Under the pieces are notes generated by a model. That model saw nothing but the letters and a program-made list of their open reading frames with translations. It did not search any database and had not been told where the DNA came from. Positions 51,738-60,212 of a stretch of DNA of 64,000 nucleotides are shown here, piece by piece. The stretch spans positions 192,001 through 256,000 of the forward strand of contig CAVYHV010000017.1 in NCBI GenBank assembly GCA_963768425.1. Direction: 5' to 3'. The translations under genes and the position numbers were made by a program. Every line of letters starts with the position of its first letter. Within the stretch, counting starts at the first letter, position 1. Source of the stretch: Candidatus Bathyarchaeota archaeon. GTDB taxonomy: Archaea; Thermoproteota; Bathyarchaeia; Bathyarchaeales; Bathycorpusculaceae.

Positions 51738-53040
51738 ATGTCAAAAGCCGCTGCGCTTAAAAGTAGCACGTCGGAAGTTTACGATTCACGGGAAAACTGG
51801 CCACCTTACACTTACAGAGATTACCCAGGCATTAAACCTGAAATGTACCACGCCTTCATGGATTTCCTTAATACTGAGAATAAATCAGGCAGATTGATGG
51901 AGTTGCAACCGTGGATCTCTGTCTGCGACTCAAGATGCGCATTTTGTTATTTTCCAACCACAGCCACGAGCAAGGTGAAGATAGAGCCATATCTTGAACT
52001 GCTCAAGAAAGAACTAGAAATGTATGCTAAGACCAAATATGTGAAGACCAGCGTTTTTGACGAAATAGTTTTAGGTGGCGGAACACCAAGCGTTTTGGCT
52101 GCTGAGCAGATGATTGACCTCATCGACTTCTGCAAGGCGAACTTCAACATAAACAAGGAATATTTCATCAAAGTAACTGGTTCATCAAAGACTCTTGCGC
52201 TTCCAAAAATCGAAAAACTCGCCAAATACGGTGTCTACCAAATGGATATGGGTGCGCAAACATTCGACGACAAACTCCGCAAAATGCTTTGTTTACCCGA
52301 TTCTGCGGCGGACGTTGAAAAAGCTATTCGGTATGCACGTAAACTGGGCTTATGCGTGTGTGCAGATTTAATGTATAATCTTCCGGGACAAACCATGGAA
52401 AGTTGGATAGATACCCTGAAGAAAACAATTGAGCTTGATGTGGAAGTTGATGCTTACTCGTTGCATGTAGACCCCGGCACGACACTTGAAAAAATGATTA
52501 AAACAGGCGTTTCGCCGCCCACAGGAGATGCCGAATATGAGAAGCAAATGTATCTAACAGCCTATCAGATGCTTACAGGCGCTGGGTACAAGGCAGTGGG
52601 GCACGACCGATACAGCAGAGTAGAGTGGCACATGCGGGAAAACTGCCTGAACGGTTGGCCGTGGGGCGGAATTTTGACGACAGGCGCGGGCTGCTTCATG
52701 GGATACTTGCAAAAGTTTAGTTACTCTAACATCGAAAACATAAACGATTACATGGCAACGGTCAAAGAGGGAAAACTGCCAATAAGTAGAGTTATCCGAA
52801 TCCACAAACGAGGACATGATGAGGCGAACGATGACTCGGCTGTACTTACGGTTACCAGTCAGCAAGAAAGAGTTTATGGAAAAATTCGGAACAACACCTG
52901 AAAAAGTCTTCCCGAAACAGCTTCAAAAACTCAAAGACAAGGGACTCATAGAAATCAACGACAAAGAAATCAGGATAACGAAGTTGGGTGAAATCTGGAA
53001 AGGCAACATAGCTTGGGAATTCGCACCTAACCAAACCTGA
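51738..53040 (+). CDS. HemN/coproporphyrinogen III oxidase-like radical SAM protein (frameshift at ~52790)
   Basis: CDSRCAFCYF, GGGTPS, GAQTF, DLMYNLPGQT, GAG; HemN_C-like tail in ORF 52816-53040. Confidence 0.88.
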
Positions 53041-53399
53041 TTTTCACTTGCACTTTCGCGTTTATCTTTTTCAATCAAATTGTTTTTCAAGCTCTCAGCC
53101 AAAAAACAATTGAAACAACCCTGCGGTACGGGACCTAGTTTGATAACATCGTCGATTCAGGTGCGAAATGGTCTACACCTATTTTTACGTGGTTCTTTTT
53201 TTTTCTGAATGGGCATTGGAAATCTCTTGAGCTTAATTTCGGCTACAAGCCAAAAAGCAATCAGACCCAAGTACTTTTGATAACAACTTACCCCACAATG
53301 GGAAGCCAGTATTTGTGACAAAAACCACCCAAAACTGAAGCCAGAACTGAGGGTTCCAAAAATTTCGGAAATTAAAAAAGAAAGGGAAATAGGGATTTT

Positions 53400-54068
53400 T
53401 TATTGATGCCTTACTGGCTGAAGTCCATACCACGACATTACTTTAGCAAGAATCGGGATGATTGCTCCTAAAGCAATGTTCGGAATGAATTGCAACACGA
53501 AGCCATACAAGCCAGGTACGAGATACGTTGTGGATGCCCACATCTGATGATTCATTGTCCGCGCTGGTGAGAGTGAAATAGTGTAGTTGAAGTACGCTTG
53601 AATTGAAGCGGTGATGACAGCTGCTGTCATTCCTGCCCCGAGTAACCGCTTGAAGTTCATGGAGCCGTTAGACAAAGAGCCCGCCATGTAACCGATGATT
53701 ACAGCCATGACGAGATAAGACAGCATACTCAAGTCGCCGTAGAAGTTGTTAGCGAAAGAGCTATAGACCGCATAAGATCCGTTAGAATAGCCTGCTTCAG
53801 CTAAATAATACATGCCTCCTGTAATGAAGCCAGCCGCGCCGCCTGCCCATTTGTTCCACAGTAAACCCAATATCATTGGGATACCGAGAATGATCATTTG
53901 CGCAAAGCCCTGAGTGAGAATAATGCCGATCGTACTGGATTTTCCGATTACGTGTGAAGCTCCGTTGGGGTTAATGTATATTGCCAGAAAATAGATCAAG
54001 AATACAAGGATTAGCGGTATCATGATGCCGGTGAATATGTCAGCTAGTTTGAATCTTGGTGTTTCCAA
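53400..54068 (-). CDS. Conserved-looking membrane protein of unknown function
   Basis: 222 aa, about 6 TM segments, Gly-rich WNKWAGGAAGF. Confidence 0.8.
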   Translation of the reverse strand: METPRFKLADIFTGIMIPLILVFLIYFLAIYINPNGASHVIGKSSTIGIILTQGFAQMIILGIPMILGLLWNKWAGGAAGFITGGMYYLAEAGYSNGSYAVYSSFANNFYGDLSMLSYLVMAVIIGYMAGSLSNGSMNFKRLLGAGMTAAVITASIQAYFNYTISLSPARTMNHQMWASTTYLVPGLYGFVLQFIPNIALGAIIPILAKVMSWYGLQPVRHQ

Positions 54069-54247
54069 TTTTTATCCCTTGACTTATTTACGTTGTGGCA
54101 TGTTTATAAGCTTAATGCTTGGAAGGTTGGCATGTTAAAAAGCAAAGGTTACAACGCGGGAAACAGGCGCTAAAACGGCAACCTGTCAAGTGGCAACATA
54201 GGTTTTGGGGTTGAAGAAAATAAAAGAAAAGATTAAGGAAATGGGGT

Positions 54248-55642
54248 TTATTGTTGCTGTCTTAGCATTGCTTTTGATCGGAGAACAGCGCCTTTAAGGT
54301 CTATTCTTGATGGGCAAACGTAGCTGCAGTGTCCGCATCCAGTGCAATAATCCGCATTTAACTTACTCATGGCGTCGAAATTCATCTTGTCAAAGGCCTG
54401 CTTAATTAATATTGGGCTTAATCCGTGGCAACAAACTCTCATACACGCGCCACATCTCATGCATTGGTATTCTTTGACTTTATCAGGGGTAAATGCTTTG
54501 GCTTTAGGCAGTTTAGGCTCTTTAGATTCGGTTGAAGGCTTCCGTCGACCAACTTTGTCAAGTGCAGGCACTGTTAAGTTCATTATGACTAGCGCTACGA
54601 AAGAGGCTCCGAAGAACTGCATGTACGTAATCATAAGCACTGTTAATATCGCAGTTCCCACTCCGAAGATTATCTGTCCCATGTATGTTAACGGGGTTGT
54701 TGCAGGATCTGTTGCCATAAAGAACGCCAAGAACACTGAACTGCCGATGAACATTAAGAACAGAAACCGCACAAGGTAACCTGCACCACCTGAGTCACCA
54801 TAAACAGCAGAGAAAATCACTGAAAGCACAGCGACAGCGACAAAGTAGCTAATGGTAATTCTCCATTTAACGTATCTGCGTGCGACAACAAAGAAGCCTA
54901 TGCCGACTATGAGAACTGCAATTGTCGATGCTCCACCAGGCCATCCGTGAAACTTGTCTAAAAACATTTGCTGAATCAGGCTGTTTATATTTACCGTTGC
55001 GAGCTTCGTGATGTTCGAATTAGAGAAACAACTCCACATATATGAGCCGAATCCAGGATATCCTGGACCGCCTCCATTGCCGTTTACTACGTTGGTTAAC
55101 CCTAATGGACCTGCAAGCGAGGGAACTTTCAGTAGACCGCTTTTCATGTGATCAATTGCCAATAGCAACGCGTTGATGAATGGTATCATTACAACGATTT
55201 TTGCAGCTGCAGCGGGATTAACGTATTTTCTGCCAGTGGTACCGACTAGTTTCTTGAAGACAATCAAGCCTACTGCGGACATCGCAGCGACAAAGATGAA
55301 GCATTGAGGTGCCTCAAGAGGGAACAGCTCAAAACCCACTGTAGTCATACTTGGGACACCGAGTACATAGCAGTCAGTGACAATTAAACCGAAAACAGCG
55401 GCAGACATCAGGTTGAGCGGACTATCCTCAGCAACTGAATGCAGAAAAGCATCAAGCCCAACAGCGATACCGACAGCGATTATTGCGTTAATGGCTAATG
55501 TGAGACCAAGATTCCATTTCGACGGTGTCGTCTCTTGTGACCAAATAACGGCCGTTATAACGGTGAGTATTAGCAACGCGAAAAAGGTGTAAGTCATTAG
55601 CTTATCTTTAGTCATCCATGAATATTCTTTAGGTTTAGACAT
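54248..55642 (-). CDS. RnfD/NqrB-family membrane protein fused to an RnfC-like 2x[4Fe-4S] ferredoxin domain
   Basis: K.L.G..GR..VNPA, G.PGGAS, AFFMATDPATTP; C-terminal CMRCGACMRVC and CTGCGHCSYVCPSRIDL. Confidence 0.85.
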   Translation of the reverse strand: MSKPKEYSWMTKDKLMTYTFFALLILTVITAVIWSQETTPSKWNLGLTLAINAIIAVGIAVGLDAFLHSVAEDSPLNLMSAAVFGLIVTDCYVLGVPSMTTVGFELFPLEAPQCFIFVAAMSAVGLIVFKKLVGTTGRKYVNPAAAAKIVVMIPFINALLLAIDHMKSGLLKVPSLAGPLGLTNVVNGNGGGPGYPGFGSYMWSCFSNSNITKLATVNINSLIQQMFLDKFHGWPGGASTIAVLIVGIGFFVVARRYVKWRITISYFVAVAVLSVIFSAVYGDSGGAGYLVRFLFLMFIGSSVFLAFFMATDPATTPLTYMGQIIFGVGTAILTVLMITYMQFFGASFVALVIMNLTVPALDKVGRRKPSTESKEPKLPKAKAFTPDKVKEYQCMRCGACMRVCCHGLSPILIKQAFDKMNFDAMSKLNADYCTGCGHCSYVCPSRIDLKGAVLRSKAMLRQQQ

Positions 55643-55911
55643 TATTCAACTTCTTCTCCTTTTAATTTCTAAGTTCAATTTAGCGCTGGTTAGTTTAATA
55701 AGACTTTCTAAACATATGATGAAAGCTTGATACTTTTAATGGATTATACGCTCATCCATAAGGGGAATGAGAATTATTGCGCAAAATTGTGTGTGAACAT
55801 TATTTCCGTTTGAAATACGTTTAGGAGTGAATGACCTAAAAGAAACGGCGCACTCTGTAAAGGAGCTAACACGGATAAACTTTTACTCTCGTTTTACGTA
55901 GAGGCTTAACT

Positions 55912-56478
55912 ATGAATAAAGCGGGTAAAGAGGAGTTAGAGGGCATTACTTTAGACGTTTACTTGCAAGTTTTAAAGATAGGCAAACCCGTCGGACCAAG
56001 AGAAGTCATGAAAGCCGCCAACCTCAGCAGCCCAAGCGTGGCGTATAGACACCTACAAAAACTCGAAGACTTTGGCTACCTGCAAAAAAACACGTACGGA
56101 GAATATATTACAAAAGATAAAGCACACATTTCCGGGTACATTTGGATTAGCAATCGCTTGATTCCAAAGATGTGGCGGTACTCAATCGTTTTCCTAGCCA
56201 TTCTCGCCGCTGAAGCAGTGATCTTAGCTGTGCATTACGCCGTTGAAACTTACGAATTCAAAGTTTTCTTTCTACTAATAATTCTCATAACTGTGCTAGC
56301 TTTCAGCGTTTTCACTATTGAAGGATTTCTTCAAGTTAGACGAACCCACTACAGCAAACATGAAAAAACCAGCCCTAAGAACAACTCTGACCCGATAAAC
56401 GGGAATATGCCCCAAACAATGCATCAGCCAAGTTGCTTTCTGCAATCTATTTCATTCGAAACAAACATTGTGTTCTAG
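55912..56478 (+). CDS. Winged-HTH protein with two C-terminal TM helices
   Basis: PVGPREVMKAANLSSPSVAYRHLQKL followed by two hydrophobic helices. Confidence 0.8.
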   Translation: MNKAGKEELEGITLDVYLQVLKIGKPVGPREVMKAANLSSPSVAYRHLQKLEDFGYLQKNTYGEYITKDKAHISGYIWISNRLIPKMWRYSIVFLAILAAEAVILAVHYAVETYEFKVFFLLIILITVLAFSVFTIEGFLQVRRTHYSKHEKTSPKNNSDPINGNMPQTMHQPSCFLQSISFETNIVF

Positions 56479-56525
56479 GAGCAAGTTTTATATCGCATCG
56501 GCGAATTTAATTTGACTGTTGGGAT

Positions 56526-57608
56526 TTGATGGCTTCAAACAAGTCACCACTATTCATGGTGGTTTGGCGCTGTACAAGGAACTGTGTCGGCAATTGCATG
56601 TACTGTAGCTACACAAAGGATTATGCAGCTGAAACGGAACTGGATACTAAAGGCGCCAAGAAAATGGTTGACGAAATTCACGATTTTGGTTCGCCCTGGT
56701 TCGGAATCAGCGGTGGAGAACCTTTGGTTCGAAACGACGTTTTCGACGTTATTGCCTACGCCGAAGAAAAATACGACATGAAAGTCAGCCTTATAACAAG
56801 CGGTTTCGCGTGGGATGAAGAACGATTTGACAAACTCAGAAAGTACAATGTCCACACCGCAATCAGCCTGGATGGAAACAGGGAATCAAACGAAATAATT
56901 CGACGAAAAGGCAGCTATGACAAAGCATTACATGCCATGAAAAAGTTATCTGAAGTTGGATTACTCGATTGCATTGTTACAACCATGACCAAATACAACA
57001 TTAAACACATGGCGCATCCAGCTGCACTCGCAGAGGAATACAAAGCGCGCATGGTAGTTTATCACAATCTAGTTCCCGTTGGGAGAGCAGGAAGTAACAT
57101 GCCTGACTTAGCACCTACCCCACAACAATACGAGGAAGCTTTTGACGAAATTTATGATATTCAACGGAAACTGTATGGCAAAGTTAAGGTCAATGTTTAT
57201 TCGCCTTTCTATGCAAGGATTGTGCGCCAGAAAAACCCAGTGGACTTCTGGGACTGGTACCATGAAGGCTACCTTGGCAGATGCACCATCGGCGGTAACT
57301 ACATTGGCATAACCGAAAACGGCGACTACCGAAGCTGCGGATTCCACGAAGGCTACCGTTTAGGCAACGTCAAAGACAAGAAATTAACCAAGGTTTGGGA
57401 TGATCTACAGCACAGTGAATTGCATCTTAAACTGCGGGACAAAAGCAACATCAAAGGCCGATGCGGAGTTTGCGAGTACCGAGAAATCTGCGGCGGATGT
57501 AGAACTAGAGCCGAATACTACACGGGCGACCTATTTGAGTCAGATCCAGCCTGCAGTTATATTCCGAAAGTTCTGCGAGAAGATCCCAACTACTTAAAAA
57601 AGCAGTAA
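56526..57608 (+). CDS. Radical SAM/SPASM protein (paralog of 45607-46704)
   Basis: CVGNCMYC, SGGEPL, PVGRA, SPASM CGVCEYREICGGCRTRA...DPAC. Confidence 0.92.
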   Translation: MMASNKSPLFMVVWRCTRNCVGNCMYCSYTKDYAAETELDTKGAKKMVDEIHDFGSPWFGISGGEPLVRNDVFDVIAYAEEKYDMKVSLITSGFAWDEERFDKLRKYNVHTAISLDGNRESNEIIRRKGSYDKALHAMKKLSEVGLLDCIVTTMTKYNIKHMAHPAALAEEYKARMVVYHNLVPVGRAGSNMPDLAPTPQQYEEAFDEIYDIQRKLYGKVKVNVYSPFYARIVRQKNPVDFWDWYHEGYLGRCTIGGNYIGITENGDYRSCGFHEGYRLGNVKDKKLTKVWDDLQHSELHLKLRDKSNIKGRCGVCEYREICGGCRTRAEYYTGDLFESDPACSYIPKVLREDPNYLKKQ

Positions 57609-57792
57609 ATTTCTTTCTTCAGTTCCCTTTTTGAATCGAGAAAACAAGAAAGGGCAGCATTTTCGATTAATTACTTTCGGCAGTTTGGCACTTATTATTA
57701 GAATATTAACAAGATGCTTTCCGACTACTTTTCAAGAAAAACAGAAAATCAACTTATAGAAACGGGACTGCCCGTTGCCTTAGACATTTTTG

Positions 57793-60204
57793 CTATTGTG
57801 TTTGGTTGTAGTTATTTAGTATTTTGAAAATAACGTATCGGTCATTTGAGTAGATTTGCTGGAGAAATTTCAAATGGACTATGTTAGGGTCAAGCTGATT
57901 TTTGTCGTAAACTATGAATTCAATGTTGTTCTGGGCTATGTAGTCTTTGTAGCTACTAGTGTATATTGTGAAGGGGTCAGATTTGAAGCTAAATAGGCTT
58001 TCAAGATTGCTGGGCGACAACGCTGTAAAGTTGCTTTTTGAAAGACAGAGAATTTGGTATTGCCGGTTAACAATCTGGTCAGTGTTGATTTCACTGAATT
58101 GATACTGGTACCTTATTGCATCAATTTGCCCCCCGCCCAGTGCCCCAATGTTCCCCCAGTCTGGTGGATCGGTGAAGTTGAATGCACAGGCGACTTGGTC
58201 TTTGTCGTCATAAACTCCGACGTAGATGTCGGAAGTTGAATTTGGCAAATTAACTACTGCCCAGAGATTCCCGTCGGTCGTTTTTGAAGTTACATTCCAA
58301 GGGCTTACCCAATTCATAATCTGCGGAATTTGAGCCTTGTCGAAATCGAGACCAAAGTAGTTGGTAAAGTAGAGCGTTACATTTGAAATATCACCGTTCA
58401 AAGGAGTTAAAGCCCAAGAAATGTCGGCCGGGTAAGAATAGTTTTGAACAAGCATTGTCTCCGTTAAGGCTACATATTCGTTGGAAAACCGAATCTCTAA
58501 TTGTGTGGGATTAATTTGCTGGTCAAAGTAAATGTCCCGTGTCAAATTGGTGAAGGGAAAATTGTAATTCTTGCCGTTTTGGGTGAAAGAAATAAAATCC
58601 CCTGCGGTGGAGGAAGACAAGACTTGATACCAAATTCCGTTGATGGAAATGTAGCTTTCGAAGAAAGTATTTCCATAGGCTTCGTAAGCTCGAAACAGGT
58701 TCTGAGGGTCCTGAATATCGTATGATAGACTCAAAACTGACCATGCGACGTCATTTGTCTCCACAGTTGCTGAAGTTTGAGCAATAACATTTTTGCCAGA
58801 AAACGCGGAAAACCAAAAACCAGGGATTTCAGTATCAACGACCGTCGCGTTATTCGGGTAGTTCTGCTGGAGCCAAATGCCTGCATCAAGTGCTTTCACA
58901 TCTGTTGTCGAGTAGAAAACGCTCGCCTGTATTATTTTGCCGTAAACCGTGTCGGAACGAAAAACGAGCACCAAACACATCAACACTATTAAAGAAACCG
59001 TTAGAATCTTTAGCCAGTTCCCGCGAACAGAACCAAGAATCGGCTTGCTAAAGGTCCTTACAAACTTCGCTGAAAAGCCGTTGCCAGCTTTTTGCCCCTT
59101 GACTCCAACTACATCAGATTGAGGAATGCCCTGATAAATAGAGAGGCTTTTGCTGTTCTTCGAGTAGAATATGACAAATTTTTCTTGAATGAAAACTACA
59201 GAAACAGCAGCGAAAATAGCCATCGCAGGAGTAAGATAATAAACGAACCATTGAAATGGCATGAAAAATCCGAAAAGGTAGGACTCAGCGAAAAAAAGTG
59301 GAACAAAGAAACTGATCATCAATATTGCATAGGAAAAAAGTTTTTTTTCTTTTCTCAGGAGAAAGAAGGAAATGACAATGCCGCCTATGGCAAAAAAGAA
59401 AATGAAGCCGAAATTAACCATAAACGCCTTAAAGCTGACAGAGGGAATCTGGAAAGCGTAGGTTTTTACGGCAAAAAACACGTATTCAATGACAAGCCCA
59501 ATGTAACCGAACACAGCTTTAAAATAATAGAGAAAAGCTATTCCGCCGCCCACAATCAAGGCTAATACAACTTTAAGGGAGGCCCCTCTTGAGTTTATCA
59601 GCATATAAATTAGAATTGGAGGCAACATAAATGCCGCGAGGAAAGCGGCAAGCTGATGGGACAAAACTAGTGCGAAAGCCGCAAGAAAAGTAACCACAAG
59701 GTAACCGAACTCCCCTGTGGCTTTAGTTAAGTAAAGAAGCATAAAAAGAATAAAGGCTATGCCAAGTACTGTGGTGTAGCCGCCAAACTGATTAGCTTCA
59801 AAAACAGGAAAACACATCAAAAGTAAAACGGCTCCTACAGCTCCGACTTTCTTACCAAAAAACTTGCTACCAATCAGATAAACAGCCATGAAAAGTAGCC
59901 AATCAGCCACTGCTGCAAGAGCTTTAACCAAGAAAATCATCTGCCCGATGCCAGCTGCACCAGTGAAAGAAATAAGCATGGAAAGCAGAAGCTCGTAAAG
60001 CGGAGGCGTCCAACCTAAGTTTTCTAAGGGTATTCTACCTGTATTTAGAAAAATCTGTGCTTTCACAAGATGAACAGCAGGGTCATTTCCGAGTACTACC
60101 CCGTTCATTGATACAACAGTGTAGAAGATGAGTAAAACAAGCACAGAGAAAATTGTTATGAAGGCAACTTCAAGCTGTTTCTCATTTGCCATTTTACCCA
60201 TCAA
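57793..60204 (-). CDS. GT-C fold-like multi-TM glycosyltransferase with large extracellular domain
   Basis: GNDPAVH in the first external loop, about 12 TM segments, C-terminal I.FIV...Y.N.....IFKI; many NxS/T sequons. Confidence 0.65.
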   Translation of the reverse strand: MMGKMANEKQLEVAFITIFSVLVLLIFYTVVSMNGVVLGNDPAVHLVKAQIFLNTGRIPLENLGWTPPLYELLLSMLISFTGAAGIGQMIFLVKALAAVADWLLFMAVYLIGSKFFGKKVGAVGAVLLLMCFPVFEANQFGGYTTVLGIAFILFMLLYLTKATGEFGYLVVTFLAAFALVLSHQLAAFLAAFMLPPILIYMLINSRGASLKVVLALIVGGGIAFLYYFKAVFGYIGLVIEYVFFAVKTYAFQIPSVSFKAFMVNFGFIFFFAIGGIVISFFLLRKEKKLFSYAILMISFFVPLFFAESYLFGFFMPFQWFVYYLTPAMAIFAAVSVVFIQEKFVIFYSKNSKSLSIYQGIPQSDVVGVKGQKAGNGFSAKFVRTFSKPILGSVRGNWLKILTVSLIVLMCLVLVFRSDTVYGKIIQASVFYSTTDVKALDAGIWLQQNYPNNATVVDTEIPGFWFSAFSGKNVIAQTSATVETNDVAWSVLSLSYDIQDPQNLFRAYEAYGNTFFESYISINGIWYQVLSSSTAGDFISFTQNGKNYNFPFTNLTRDIYFDQQINPTQLEIRFSNEYVALTETMLVQNYSYPADISWALTPLNGDISNVTLYFTNYFGLDFDKAQIPQIMNWVSPWNVTSKTTDGNLWAVVNLPNSTSDIYVGVYDDKDQVACAFNFTDPPDWGNIGALGGGQIDAIRYQYQFSEINTDQIVNRQYQILCLSKSNFTALSPSNLESLFSFKSDPFTIYTSSYKDYIAQNNIEFIVYDKNQLDPNIVHLKFLQQIYSNDRYVIFKILNNYNQTQ

Positions 60205-60212
60205 GAAGCCAG

